DNA of 64,000 nucleotides from Klebsormidium nitens (lineage: Eukaryota; Plantae; Klebsormidiophyceae): contig DF237051.1 in the NCBI GenBank assembly GCA_000708835.1, positions 1-64,000 of the forward strand, written 5' to 3'. The translations under genes were made by a program, and so were the position numbers. Below are positions 36,255 to 50,753 of this stretch, in pieces (position 1 is the stretch's first letter; each line of letters begins with the position of its first letter). Below the pieces are notes generated by a model that searched no databases, was not told the DNA's origin, and was given only the letters and a program-made list of their open reading frames with translations.

Positions 36255-37250
36255 CTAAAGATGCGGCGTTCTGCTGTTTTCGGACGATTGGGTGCGACTA
36301 GCCCACAATTCAGATGCCTTTTTTCGAATGCAGGATCCGCTTAGGTTCAGGCGCCAGTCAGGGCGGACGAAAAATCCCGATGGTTGCCATCCCGGGTCGG
36401 GGATAAGTCCGCCGGGATCTCTGCTACGCCAATGTGCTTCTAGGAGCAGCACGGCACGGCACTCCCGGCACAAAACTCCTTTAGGCTGTTTGACTTGCCA
36501 GTTTACTCTCCCGTCATGATCAAAGCATTGGTAACCATACCATGGATCTCTCCGGTGGAGCCCCTTTTCAGGATTCATCTTGAGCGTCACATACTTCGGT
36601 GCGCTGCCCTCGAGCGAGATGTAGCACTCAAAGTGCGCCTCCGTTGCCCAGGAACGTTTGGTGATCTCATCTGGAAGCTCCTTCGCTGGAAGGAGGGGCT
36701 GTAGGTTCGGAAAGTCAAACCTAAACTCTTGAACGAAGTCCACATGCCTATCCATGTTGTCGAGTGAAGCCTTCCCAGCTCCGTATAGGCAGAGCGCACC
36801 ATTTGAAGCCCTTACAGCAACCAAAATGTCTAGTTGAGCGCATGATCTGATAATAACAGGCTCTTCGCGGCAAGCAGCCCTTGTGGAACTGTCACCATCC
36901 AACTTCTCAGACAGTTTCGTGGCGCAGCGGGCCCGGACGAGGGCCTCATAACCACCTGCTGATTGCTCAACCAGTGTCTCAAATTCCTTCCCTCTAACAT
37001 GCGCGATATCAGGGGGTTCCAACGGACTGAAGAAAGCTGCTCTCCACGGCGAAGGGTGTAAAGAAATGACAGAACGGAAGTTCTTGCAGGCAGAGCTGGC
37101 AGCAACTAGAGTTGGCGGGTCCAAAGCAGCGAGCTTGCTGAACTTGAAGATGCACGAAAGAGCTTCGTCCGGCAATAAGACCTCCTCCTCAAACGGCACT
37201 CTTGCTGAGTCCTCAAGGTCAGGCTGCTGATCAGCAGTACACCGATCCAT
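36255..37250 (-). CDS. Single-exon F-box protein, 331 aa from ATG 37250
   Basis: Uninterrupted ORF with LLPDEALSCIFKF..LVAASSACKNFRSVI..PWRAAF, an F-box pattern. C-terminal domain not recognised. Confidence 0.7.
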   Translation of the reverse strand: MDRCTADQQPDLEDSARVPFEEEVLLPDEALSCIFKFSKLAALDPPTLVAASSACKNFRSVISLHPSPWRAAFFSPLEPPDIAHVRGKEFETLVEQSAGGYEALVRARCATKLSEKLDGDSSTRAACREEPVIIRSCAQLDILVAVRASNGALCLYGAGKASLDNMDRHVDFVQEFRFDFPNLQPLLPAKELPDEITKRSWATEAHFECYISLEGSAPKYVTLKMNPEKGLHRRDPWYGYQCFDHDGRVNWQVKQPKGVLCRECRAVLLLEAHWRSRDPGGLIPDPGWQPSGFFVRPDWRLNLSGSCIRKKASELWASRTQSSENSRTPHL

Positions 37251-40200
37251 TGTCCAAGTGTGTGGAAAGTTTGTTAAGCACAAGTTCACAAGTCTCCTTA
37301 GACACAGTCTTTCCACAGACTGTGTCAAGGACCAGAGCTTGCCCCTTCCAAAGAAGTAAAGAGCGAAGAGAAGAAGGGAGGGGACGCCTTTTATCGGAAT
37401 GAAGGTCATGACTCTAGCTTATTATTGTTGAGAACCTGAAGGTGCTTTTCTTGTCTTTGTTCATGTCGCCGGCTCGGAGACGCGGCCGCGGCACGGCAGC
37501 GAAACCGAACCCTTATAGCAAAACCCCGAGTCGGTTAGCTAGGCGCGCGTTGCAAGAGCGCCCGGTGCGCGCGGCCTTCGAGCGAAGTTGCCAGGACGCC
37601 AGTCACTGATACACTGACATGCAAAACCTATCAGTAGTTGAGAGTAGCTTGGGTCTATATAGGCGCCCCGGCCGAAACGCTAAGCTTTTTCGACCGTCAG
37701 GTGCCATCCTTTGAGAAAAGGTTGCTTTCCGACGTACGGTGCACATCCAATATATATGAGAAAAGGCAGACTGCGAGATGCATCGAAATGTTTAGTACGT
37801 ACACCGGGATTTGATGGAGCTGGTCGCTTTTGCAATAGTGTACGAAATCGCGACAAAGCCCCATGACGAAATTGGCGATCCTTTCAGGAGTTGCCGCATT
37901 CCGTCTGGTAGTGATCGAAAAACTTCATGATCGTTAATCTCAGAAACCCAGGTCGAATAAATGTGAACTAACAGATCCGAGCAATTCTGTGTATCGAGCT
38001 TTTGAAGGGCAAGCGCAATATAATGTTCCAATATATTGTTCCAATCATATGCATCATGAGCGCATGGAAAAATCAAAGGCCGGCTGCAGCCTGCCGCGCG
38101 CCGAGCTGCATATGGTACTGGCTTGTGCTCGCGGTGAATCTGATGTACGATTGAAGATCGAAAGTGAATTCAGGCCCGGTGGCTTGTCAAAGAATCATCT
38201 GTGTTAGCATGCGGTGCGCTGCATACTAGCGCAAATGTTCTAAATTCAGGTTCGAGCAACGCGCGGCTGGTGTGTATCTGCCACTTTCTTCGAGAGATCT
38301 TGCATGCGAACGTGCATGCGTCAGACACGTTCATTTGCATGTAGATAAAATGAAGACCCCGGCCACGAAATTCACGCTGAAAGCGCTCCGATGTCCTACA
38401 AGGTATATCAGCTTGTGTGGGCGCAGGGAGGGCTTGGTATTGGCGTCATCGGTCAAGTTCAACAAGGTCGAATGCACATGGATCTGAGTGACGGATCAAT
38501 TCGTAAAGACTATCTCTTCGCAGCGGCTCGAAGCACGTCTTCAATGGCTGGACTATCAGAGTGGTTGTCAGGATGGAGTTCCCATCTTATTGAACGGTTA
38601 GTCCATGTTAGAAATAGACACGAGACGTATGCTCGAGGAGCATCCTGGAAGTTCGTGGTCAGTCAAAGTTAGCCGTCAGGTTCCGCACGGTCTGAAACAA
38701 CTACTCGTCAATCCTCGGAGTCCTACCGGCTGTCAGGGTCGCCGTTCCTTGCTGGGCGTCTCGAAGCGGAGGCTTGAAGTGCATCTTTTTTCCATAAGTG
38801 AGTTGCGTCTGCAGCTTGGACCCGTTCTTCTGGCGCCCGGCGACCTTTGACGCGGCCGCGCTCTGCACCCTGCGTGCTTCTGCTGCTTTGGCCTCCACAT
38901 ACGCTTCTGCAACCGGACGGAAAGACCCATGAGAGGCGAGCTTACGGGGCTGGTGGTGTTCCCGAGTTAGTCAGACGAGAATCGTTAACACAAGAGAAAC
39001 AATGGACGTTGATTTCGTCTTCTTAGGTCAAATGCCGTTGCAGCTTGTACGCCCCATTCTCCAAACCGCACTCATCAACATTTGGAGCTGCTTCTGAGAG
39101 TCAAAACTTGCTTGGTGTCGCCGAGTTGGAATGGCAAGTGCGAGCTTTTCCTGGACATCAATCCGCGATCGAGCCTCCCATGAACGCGAGATATTCGATG
39201 AAATGGGCAACTTGAAGGCCAAGAAATTACGCTTCGGCTTTACGGTTTGGAGAAGTTAGGGCTTGTACGGTTGAGATTCAACGCACCTTTTAGCAACTCA
39301 GCTCTGGTTATGCCCTTGTTCCAAAAGCTGGACCGGCGGCCGTCGGCAGAGGAACCTCTCGGGCCTGCGCAATACACCATTCTGATCAGGTTGACAGATT
39401 TGTCGTCGTTTTAACGGCTTTTTCTATATCATTACCTGAAAACACTTGCAATCGACATGGAAGTGGATCAGGATAAACGGGAAGCCAGGAGCTTAATAAT
39501 GCAGACTTATTATATGTCCCTTAGTACGATAGCTCTGGCCAAGTGAACAGGATGAAGATAGGTCGTTTCAACTAGGAGATTGAGTCGGGTGCGGATGCGG
39601 TGCGTGTGAGCCTGAGTTCTTGCAGCTTGTTTTTCACGTTATTCGATGGTTATTCACTCGGCTACAACTTCCTGAACGCCGCTTTCACATAATGCCAAAA
39701 CTCGAACACCAAGGTTTTTCCATGGGAGTTTCTAACCATATTGTTTCGTTTGGGGTACCTTCTCAGCATCTTGAGGGATGGCTAGAACGATTCGACAAGC
39801 CAACCATCTTCAACTTACTGGAAGGACCTCAGAACTAATCTTCTGTCACCTGTGATCGGTCGAGGGAGCTAGCTAGATTTCGAACGCACCGGAGAATGCT
39901 CCTCAAGCTTAGGCTGACTATCGACTTTTACAATATTGGCTGAGCCTTACTAAGCTGTGAGGGGGGACTGCATTTGCAGGCTTTCCGGTGGGAGGTTCTC
40001 TATTTGGAGGAAACAGACTGACCTATTGCTCCAAGCCGGTAGTTGAAGGAGCCCGGCGCGAGATCCATTGACGTGTCCTGCGAGGAAAGTTGGAAGCGAT
40101 CGCTACTTAGTCGTCGAGGGTCAAATCGTTCGGAGCCCCCGGATTCAGCGAGATAAAAATATCAGGATATCGTGGCAAGATTACGTCAAGGAGAAACACC

Positions 40201-40602
40201 TTCTGTTCTCAACATACTCATTATTTTCATATTGCACCGAAGGACTGTACTGCATCTACTGCGTCCTTTCGCTCTACCGACGCTCAAGTCGACCTGCCTG
40301 TGGCGCATCCCGTACAAAGTGCCGGTCAAAATCGAAGTCACGAAACGAGACGTCAGCACTACAATTGACGCAAGCTCAACTCCCTCGACGCAAGCTCAAC
40401 TTTGACCGCTTTTTTGATGTCTTCGATAGGCGCCATCTGTTCAAAATGGATAGTCATATAGTTCAGTCAGAATCCGGATGGATCGGTGCCATGGTTAATC
40501 AATACCGAAACTCTAAACCCGAAATGACCGAGGCAACGCACCCGAATACCTTCCCTGACCCTGCATACCAACCCCATCCGTTCTCGGAGTTCCTCATTAC
40601 TC

Positions 40603-43600
40603 TTAGCCCGTATTACTTTCAACCTTTTCTTTTTTGAAGATGGTCCTTACGATGGGGAAGTGGACTCCGTGCGCGGGGTGCGGCCGCGCGACGCTCTCGG
40701 CGGGGTGGGCCGGCTTTCCTAGTGACGTCAGCGCGGGCGTCAGCACCTCCTTCACCAGCAGCTCGAGCGTCCCCACGACGTCAGCAGGGGTCGTGTCGCC
40801 ACGTGGCGAGTGGGGCGGGCTGCTCGCGCACCACGCTGAGTTCCTGCTGCTTGGAAAGGTCTGCATGCGGAAAAAAGCACTGACGTTACCGGGGAAGTGC
40901 AGTGACCGCAGGCTGACAAGGGACGAGCACGGGACGCATAAGACTACCGTACCGATTTGGGGCGGAATCTTCCTACTCGTTCTTGAAGATGAGATTCAGG
41001 TTTGACAAGGTATCGCTTATTCGCGACTTTAAAAAGCTGTCAGCTTGGTCAGAATTTCCCACAGTAAGTCCGTTCTGTCCACTACCCAGCTGACGTCTCT
41101 ACCTTCAGAACCGGCCGCTCTCTTTGAATGTTCCTCTTTCTGACTTCGACTCAAACAATATACCCCCAAACCTCGCAGCCAATGCCAAGTTATTACAGCT
41201 TCACCCACTCACCGGTGCGCGCGCTTCTAGCACGTGTATCAAGCCCTCGAGCCCCGACACCGCGGCCGCGACCTGCGTCTCCAGCTCGGCCCACTTCCGG
41301 ACGGCCTTCTCGTGCCGCCGGCGCGCCGCGCCCTGCCGCTGCTCGAGCGCCTCCGTGTCGCGCCCCGCGCGCTCGTCGCGCTCGCTAGGCCGCGCGGGGA
41401 GGCACGCCGCCGCATGGAGCTCGGCCTCGAGCGCTTCCTGCGGCACCGAGGTTTGCTTAGCCTCTGACATGGTCAGGAAAGGTAAATCAATTGAAGGAGG
41501 CACGCACGCGTGAAGCGCAACCGTGTAAAACGGTGGTGACCTTAAGAAAGACGTTTTTTTGTGTCAATGGCGCGGATCCGACGCGGCCGCGGAGATCGCG
41601 GACCCTTCTTGCGTTTACAGATTGAAAGGAAGGCCGCCCTTTCAGGTGCCAAGCGCCTTGAATCACAGTCTGGTAGAACAGTGTCTTTTGCGCAATCAAA
41701 GCTCTCGTCCGTCGTAATCCAAGAATCTGACTCTCGATAAGTGGAAGACCCTCCAGAAATGACAGAGCGCTCTGATTGAACAGTGTCAAATTGCATCATG
41801 AGCTGCCTAAGAGGTGTGTTGTTGACCAAAGAGAACACTTGAACGAAGATCAGAGACGAAAGGCGGCAAGGCTGCACGCACCTTTCTAGCCTGCAGACTT
41901 TGCTTATGCGCCTCAGCGGCGGTGACTTCCGCCTGAAGGACCTGCAGTTGGCCGAGCACAAACTCTTATTTCTTGTTGTTTATCAGAAGTTAAGCTTTGA
42001 GTTCATGATGGCCTTGCAAATAGCTCCTTGTCAAAGGCAGGACCCAATCTGCACCATGCTTCCAGCCTTGCTCAGGTTTTTGAGGTCCTCATTTTTACCA
42101 GGAACTGTACTTCGAAAGTTGATTGTTTCGACAAGCGAACGAATGTCGCTTCGTTCTTAGAAAAAGCTTTCCGAAGGTCCGAAAATTGCTTTGCTTCACT
42201 TCCAAGACGGTGCGATCGACTGCAAACCCGAGATCTACTCTTAAGAGACTCATTTAACTTTAGAGAAGGTCTTAAAACTGTTAGAAGGATTTGGATGGCA
42301 AACAAACCAGAGCGGCAACTGAAAAGAGCGGTACTTTCAAAGGCCTCTGGGCACCTCCGAAGAGCGCAAAACCGCCTAAACGCTTTGATGCAACATCAAA
42401 CACGAATCGTTTCGCGTCGATAGCAATTGGTCGACGGTGAAACAAAACAGTGCGGACACGCTTTGTCGCTCCCGCTTTGATTAACGTTAAGTTTAGCCGA
42501 CACGATGGACCCATTCTTTTATATTCCACGGTCCGACGATTCGAACACCCCAAAGAGCCGAGTTACCTGGTGCTTATTCTCGTTGTCCTCGTGCCGCTTC
42601 AGCGCCTTGAACAGGTCATGTCCAACCAGACGGCCGTCTGCGCGTCGGAAAGAGCACGTTGCGTCAGATTTGCTACCAGTTCGCTCCAGCCCACTGTCCC
42701 ATTTAACGGCTGAAAGTTGCTGTCAGGTCAATCGGACGGACAGCTGGCGAAGATAACGTAGAGCGGCGCAGCTCTGGCGGTGTCAGGTCTGACGCAATCC
42801 CGCGATCTGAAAGTCTAGAATTGAGATACAGAGTGGCAATCTTGGTGGACTCTTTTGCGCACGAATGGAAGTTTGGAGCATTGATGCTGAGAACTCGGCT
42901 TTTCAGCTCGCTTGGCTCAGGCAAACACCTTATGAAGCGTAACCGTTTTTCCAACCCTTGATGACATGTCCGTCCGTCTCCGCAAATATTCTCCAGCCCT
43001 GTTAAAAATTTGAACGACCTTGGAACCCAAATATCATCTAGTCATATCTCGTGACATAAACGAGGTCAAGCGGGTCACCTTTAACAACGGCCTTCGCTAT
43101 CCGGGGCCCCAGCACTGCGGCGTGCAGCTCCTTCAAAACGCTCACCACAATCTGCTTTCTCTCCACGGCAGCCGCTTTCTCCTGAAACGTGCAGAAGTAC
43201 GGAGTGATTTGACCATCTTCATTGTCAAACTCCGATTCAGAGTGTTCAACTCCAGCCGCATATGTGGCTCATCCACCATAGGTCTTGAATTCAGCAAAGC
43301 TCAAGATCATGCGTCATACAACGGCTTCTCAGAGCATTCTAATACAAGGCATTGAAATGAGAGAGTCAGCCTTCAGTACCCCTTCAAACCTGCGAGCATT
43401 CAAGCATTGTCGTTCTCCAGGATCGATCCTCGATTTACAATACGCTATTGAGATTACTGACACAGCCTATTGGCGTCTCTTGTCTGCAGGCACACTCAAC
43501 AAGTCCGACGAAGCCACTAGTACACCACAAATATCAGTACGAAACCAAGCTTAGGCCGCTCTCTTGGCTGAGCTCTAATCCTCCACTGAAGTTTGACTCA

Positions 43601-46600
43601 AAGACTCTATCCAACAAGATCGACCCGTTTACAAAGAAATAAGTTCTATTATGCAGAAGCAGCCCTCCCTGTTCTGCTTTCCAAGCCTTCTTACGTTGCG
43701 CCCCGACTGCGGAGAGAACCAGCTTCAAGCACTTTACCTTGAGGCTCATTCCCGTGCGCGCGTTGATCTCCTGAATGACGTTCTCCTTGTGTTTCCGCCG
43801 CTCCTCTAGCTTTAGCTGCAAATCTCGAAACGCCGCGTGTCGCGCTGCTCTCGCCTCTGCGACGCGCGCGCGCGCTTTGGTCAGAGCTTCCATCTGTTTC
43901 CTGAAGACGGCGATGCTTGCCTGCAATCACACGGCATAGCGTAAGAGATCGTTGAACTATGGCAGATGCTTCTTGAAGAATTCTTGCCAGGATTGATCTA
44001 GAAGCGCAGGACGATATCCGAACGACAGACGAGCGTGTTCCTGACTCCCCCGGAGTACGTCTGCCTCCACGGGCAATGTTTAGGTCCCGCTTCGATAAGC
44101 GGACAGCCCGAGCTCAGAACGTCTTTGCAGGGTTCCAGAAACGGCTAGTGACTTTCAAATTCAGGGCGGCAAATGATCAATCTTGACTTTGCAATTCGCA
44201 ACTGTGTTCCTCCTAGTCACTACAGATCCGCTGCTGCTTTGGCCGACGGCGAAAAACCCTGCTGCACAAACGAATCTGGTGTTCATGCAGTCAAAATGTC
44301 AGATCCTCACCTTTGCTTTTTCCTCCTCCTCCTGCTGAATCTGCAGCGAGTGGCTCCGGTCCGCACACTCTATGGACAACCTGCAATCACCCGTCAAGGA
44401 AAAGACTGACGCGGCGGTTGGTTTCTTGAGCTTGTTCGGCCACTTTTCTGAAAGTGATGCCATCCTTCTCAAGACACCTCGAGTAACGATTCTGTAGCCA
44501 TCCGGCCTTTGATTTCTGTAACGGACGCCAGGCGCTTCGAGGCGTACTCAGAACCTTGCGTACGTTCACGAACAAGTAGTGTCAATCACATTGTTGGGCG
44601 TCCACTGGCGACTGGAGTGCCGGACGAACTGATAACGGAAGGGTTAATATGGTCCACATATTTGTCAATAGATCATGGTAACGTGTCACTTGCTGGTCGC
44701 GCTCCTTACCTGCGCAGGAGCTCCTGTTGCTGCTTCTGTTGGTCGAGAAGCTTTGCCTTCTCCAACTGTCACGTGGACAACGCCAGGGGTGAGACCAGGT
44801 GGTGAAATGCACTCACATGAGATAAGGCCCGGATGATTGAGGCTCTGTTTCCGAAACAAGGTCGGTTCTTGTGTCAACAGCAAAAGCGAACCAGACTTTA
44901 TGCGGCATGTGACGTGCACATACTTCCCGCCTCTCTGCCTTTTCGGTAGTCAAATTGCACGATTGCCAGCGGTAAATCCGCCCGCACGGTTTTGATACTA
45001 TGTCCGCAAAGTTGACTCGGAATCTTTACTCGACCGAAGCTCACCACGTATCGCTGTTGACAGTGTATTCGTATCCGTAGCTTGCGCTCTTCATCGTCAG
45101 CTAGGGCCTGCAGAAGCGCCATTGCGTTGGTGGAAAGCATCGGAGCCTCTCTTGCGAATCTCTTTTGCACACTAGACTACAAGGGCCTTTCAGGATACGA
45201 CTGCATTCTTCATAGGAACTATCATTTTTAATTCGTCTTTGCAGGTTTGACGGAAAGAGAGGCAACGCCAATATGCAAAAGAGAGTCGAACATACTTTGA
45301 CGATTCCGGGTCAGAGTACAGCCCTGGGGAACCCTGTTCTAATCACGAAAACATTCGATTGCCAAGCACGATCAAAGCGAGAGCAACTCGTGCAAAACTG
45401 CGCCGAGCAATAAAAGCCACTGGCGGTAGAGAGAGGCAAATCGTCGACACTACATCACATGGTCATCCTCTTACTATTGTCTGCGCTTGGTTCTGAGATG
45501 ACTTCAATTTTCAGTAGACCTGACTCACCTGCATCTTATCTGCGCACACCACCGGGTCTTCGTCGATGGAGAACCCCATGTAAGCTAGGGACGGCCGTGA
45601 CAAGAAGAGGAGTTGAGAGTCCTCCAGCTCAGGCAGCCGGTGCGAGCTCCGTTCCTCTGGCGCCTCGCCACCCTCCTGGACAAGCAAGGAAAGATCAATT
45701 CGATGATGGAAGTCCTTTTTGGTGTCCGGTTCTTAACTACAGCTAGTGGCTGCTCGTTTGGCAAGTTAATTGCCAAGGATGGAAAACAGTCGGTCTTACT
45801 TGAAGCCATGTCTGTGTCTGCAACTGATGGCGGTAACGTCTGAGCTAACAGCAAAACCAGTGTTCCCAACTAGTGCTGCGTTAAGGAGTGAACACGGTCG
45901 AGAATACTCGACCTGGCTTCAGGATAATTGAAAGACGAGCAAGCAAACATATTGGCTAGCGCAAGCGGAGGGTCCCACGACCATCGGTATTTTAGTTGAG
46001 ACTGTGTGTGAGTAAGTTCATGTTCCTTGGCGCCATCTGCCTCATCCTTTCCAATTCATTTGTGTCACTGTCCATGTGCTGACCTGCTTTCCAGCACGAC
46101 ATCAAGCTATGAAGCAAGATCCCCAGAACAGGACTAAGCCGTCTATCATTGTTATTTGAGCTCCGGAGTGCCATCTGCCACAAGTAATGGCCGGCCCTTT
46201 TGTTAGACTACTTTTCACCAACAGCAAATGTCAGGTCTCCAGCTAATAAATGTTGACAAGCAGAGCTGTCGGCAGGTACTTACTTCTCGCAGGTCCCTCA
46301 AGACGGCTGAGATGGCTGCCAGGTGGGTCTCCTTAGAGCGCGACGTATTCTGCGCATTTAGGATGAAGAACATTCATGGAGAACACTTCTGCGATGCTGG
46401 AGGTACATGCTCAAAACGCACTGGGGAGCTTATTCGGAAGCACCCGTCACTCAACAGGGAACTTTATGTCACAAGAAGGTATATCAGACGGAGTCTCATG
46501 AAAATTGCATGGAAGACGGCCTAGAACAACGATCTAGCTGCCATCACTTCAGCTGTCTTGACCCATTATCTGGATGATTGCAACAATTTGTGTCAGCCTG

Positions 46601-47242
46601 CATCACTGTGTGAACGAAACCACACAATCAAGGAGACAACAGAGTGTTCTCTTCTTAAAGCCAGCACTCGTTTAGAACCAGGAGTGGGCAAGCTCTCACT
46701 TTCAACTCGTTGTAGCTTTTCTGCAGCGTATCGACCGCAATTTCCAGGCTCTCTGCTTCCGCATTCCTGGCACTCGTCTGCGGGTCCTCCCCACATTTCT
46801 CCTTCAGGTCATCCTCAAGAGTCCCCCTCAGCGACGCGCTCTGCGCCTCATTGCCCCACGCACTCTTGAGCAGGAACTGAACCAGCGGTCCCCTCGCCTC
46901 CCGCTTTGGCCGCCAGGTCACTGAGCTCTTCAGAGCATGCCATTGGCGGTCTCCCCGCTCTGTTAGGGCACCACTCTTGGAGCTATGTGTATGAGCCCCA
47001 CCCAGAAAACCGACTGTAGGCGGCCGGCTGCTGCGAGCAGTCCTTGTGTTTCTCTCGGTGAGAGCGCCAGATTTGAAGGATAATTGATCTTGAATGTCTG
47101 CGTTGCCTAAGTTCAGACGGGCTGACAATGGGTGCTTTGGAACAGTTGCCTCGGTGTTGAGTCTTGACTCAGCTCCTGCGGGGGTGCTGCCGTCATGCTG
47201 CTTGGCGGACAGCTCAGGAAGGACCAAACGACAGCTGTCCAT
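40603..47242 (-). CDS. Multi-exon coiled-coil protein, possibly CCDC151/ODA10-like; candidate exons 47242-46700, 45675-45529, 45107-45045, 44765-44710, ~44500-44410, ~43925-43738, ~42627-42556, ~41941-41882, ~41470-41213, ~40845-40640
   Basis: Successive GT-AG-bounded GC-rich segments give heptad-like peptides (LEKAKLLDQQKQQQELLR; ARAARHAAFRDLQLKLEERRKHKE; LQAEVTAAEAHKQSLQARK; RHEKAVRKWAELETQVAAAVSGLEGL). The first three joins are phase-consistent; later joins are unresolved. The family call is recalled resemblance only. Confidence 0.5.
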
Positions 47243-50200
47243 CCTTTCTGCGGCTCTTGTGCTATGGTGTGTTGCATCCTATTCCTGGGGCATATGTGCT
47301 GACACTAAGATGCTGCACAGAGCCTAGTGGCATCGATCATAATCTGGTTCTGGCCAATCACCATCTTGTGTGAGCCACGTGTGAGCAAATGCAGGATCTA
47401 GTCCATGCTGGATTGTGCTCAACTCTGCACAAATTATATCCTGTCTTGATAAACCAAGCAGGACACAACGCAATGCCGAAATAAGTCCTCAGTCATCGAA
47501 TTTTGTGACTATCTGCCACATTTGGCGATGGCCTGGTCATCTGCAAGAATGTCCAACCAACGTTTGGATTCAACATCTTCGCAGAAGAGGGCCTCTTCTT
47601 CACCAAGCTGATCTTATAATACGGTTCTGCAATCCTTCCCCACCGTGGCACCCGACAAAGAAGCAACATGGCTTCAAACCTTGTGCTCAGTGCGGCAGGA
47701 TCAAGCACCAAGGATCGGGAAATCTGAGCGGCAGATCCGATCTGACACTTTTCTCCAGGTGAGATTCGACGGATCACTACGTAGTCCAACAAGGTTTCCT
47801 GTCTTGCATATGTACGTCCATCCGTTCCACCAGATGGTTCTTTGTGCATGCAGCTCAGATTGCAAGCTGAAAAATTCGCCGACTTCAAACATGTGGTTGG
47901 CATCTAACCTGGCCGCCTTACCGGAGTTCAACACAGATTACAAGTCGTCCGATGGTCTCGGGTTCGCTCATCGGACGGTCGATAGATCTCGGGATAAAGT
48001 TTGCCTTATTGCAATGTCCGACGAACATGCCGTGTGGCTGAACATTCACGTCGGCGCTTTGGCACCTACCGGGTCACTACTACAGTTGGTAGCACTGTAT
48101 TCCTGCAGTACTCGATCATGCATCAGATGCATATTTAAACCTTTGAGAGCGCCGGAATGACCGGGACCAAAGAACTTTTGCGTTGGAAGCGGGCGAATGG
48201 ATATTTCTGGCGCCATTACAGCTTGAACAGGCGCTATAAGCTGGACAGGAAAGCTGCTTGGGCTGAATTAGGTACTAAGGACGCACGCAGTAGCCAACTC
48301 ATGGCTCTGGGCGCCCAATGACGCAGGTAGGTGATTAGACGGTGATGTAAGAATGGGCAGCTTTGAGCTGCTCCTCCATTCCGCCTGGATTTCAGCTTGT
48401 GAATTGGCGAGTCATGGAACGGTACAAGACGTCTGAACCACCGCGTGACCGTCAACTGTTTTGCAACTCGTCATATTTCAGGCTCATGAGCTCCCGCTCA
48501 GCTATTCAGCTGTTCTTTGAAGAGTCCTTTTAGTTAGGCCACTTCTTCCGTAAGAAGTTTGAGGTGAGTCTCCCCGTGGTCCCTGGAGTTCAGCCCCTCC
48601 AGGCCAGCTGATCGATCCCAGGCTCATGAGGCCAAATCTACAGGCCGCCGCCGGGGGCAGAGTAACACTACCAGTTGAGAGTGAACTGGATGAGATTGGA
48701 AGCAGAAATGAAATCTCCGAAAGATCCCTGACTGAGGAGAAACGCTAGCCTCTGGTTTTTATGGCTACCAGATCCGAAGCTCGAGTGCTTCTTACAGATT
48801 TTGAGCCCGCTTCAACCTGCGGGCAACGTTATGAGTTGCGTTGAAATATGACGATGGCCCAGTACAGAACAAGAAAAGCAAACGTGTCGACAGACGACTC
48901 GGCCTCGGAACCGGATGGCGCATGGACGTCGAAGACGCTTGCAGCAAGTCATTGGAAAACTGATTGCAAAGTCGGAGACTCCTGTTTCTGGCACCCTCAC
49001 GTAAAAACCCTCAATGTTGCAGAAGTGCACCACTCCATAGACAAGAAGAAAGGAAGCGAGAAAGCAACTCGTTGGTTCAGAACTTTCAATCGTCACGGTG
49101 ACGTCTGCGACCTCTTCGATACGAGATGATTCCACGTACACATGGGCAATTCGACCAACAAGCTTAGAGTTATGCCGGCGCACCTGAGGCAAACAAAAGC
49201 TTGCCCTTTGGGCGCTTGAAACACGGGCTTCGAAGTCGCGGACTGAATTGCAAGTAGTTACGTCACAACAACGAGGCTTTGACGTTTAAGGTGCGAGCAG
49301 GCCAGTTGAGTGTGAGGAGGACCTGAGCCTGAAGTGCCCGAAAAAGGGCCGAGCGAGTGCTTCACATTTCACACTTTCTCGGATAAGAATTTACTCATGT
49401 TCAACGGGGCCCACGTTTTTTCATGGTTGGGCCTTACTAGCACTTCATTGCAAGAAAGTCTCTCGGTTGTATCAGTGAATATTTTGAGTCAACCGCTTCT
49501 TGTCTTCGACTGAGTTCATGTTTTCACGTCAGCAAAAGTCCTTAGAGTTAGATCATGCAGAGCCCTTTTGAACGCCGCCCTTCTCTAGAAGTGAAGCGGT
49601 TTTGATTAGTCAAGTCTATATCGGTGCGCAGTCCAATGGGCTGCAAGCTTCGGAAAGTAGATTTCATGCTTTCTGTACAATCGTCGTTGTACAATCGTCG
49701 TCCTGTAGGAACAACCTTTCTCATGTGATCAAACCGCAGAACTATCGCCCGCTGTCAGCTCTTCCCACATCACTCGAACCATCTGATTTAGCGGCTTCGC
49801 CTTCTCAAAATGCAGACAACGGCGTCACATGTCTACGAACTCCATATTTCCAACGTGGGAAATCTTACGTTGATCCACTCGAAGCCCCGCTCATGCTTTC
49901 TTTCCGTGAGGTTTTTGGCAATTGGGTCTTGTCGAAGACCGTCCTTGTCGTTCAAGAAGTTGACAATTGAGCTGAGACATCAAAAGTGTTTCAAGCAAGC
50001 CCATTTCACCAGAATCCGTACATAGGCTTCAGTAGGAGCGTTTTAGACGTCGGCGTAGCGGCATTCAGCTCATCTGTAGATGATCACTAACGGCCTTGAC
50101 AGCACACCGTGCATTGTGAATCCGTCCACTTCGGCCCCACACTGTCAGCTTCGTCGATCAACCAAGTTTTCACTGGCAGAAGTTTCACAAGTTGCGCCGA

Positions 50201-50753
50201 GAGAAGATCTTGCACGTTTTGAGCTGCCCACTCTTAAGAGCCTCTGAGGGTCCCCTCATCTTGGACGTCCAAATTGAATGATGAGATAAAACGTGAGGAA
50301 GCCCATTAGATTAGACAACTAAGTGAGTCGAAATCACAGAGGGCTTTTACTTTTGATTCGAAAGTCTTGAGATTTATTGGCCGGTTTGCTAGATTGGTTT
50401 CAGGATCATAAGCACGAATAGTAACTGGTCGAAGTCTGTAGTCAACCATGCAATCGGTCCGTCTCTCGTTTCAGGTCGTTCCACCATGAACAAGCGAACG
50501 GTCGTGAACCTGTCTGTCTTTGTTCTGGACGACACTAGTAGTCATTACCGTATGGCGGCGCGGCCTTTATAATTTCTGACGCTCGCGTGTTCAAACTCAA
50601 AAGCGGAGGCTCTTCTGCCGAAAGTGAAGGAGAGCTGGTAGACGTACCTCAGAAGATCCATCGCAATGTTCTAGTACAAGGACAGTAATATATGACGTAC
50701 CACAACAGTATTGATCATACATAAAGACATGGGGCAGGGACGTTGACATGTGG

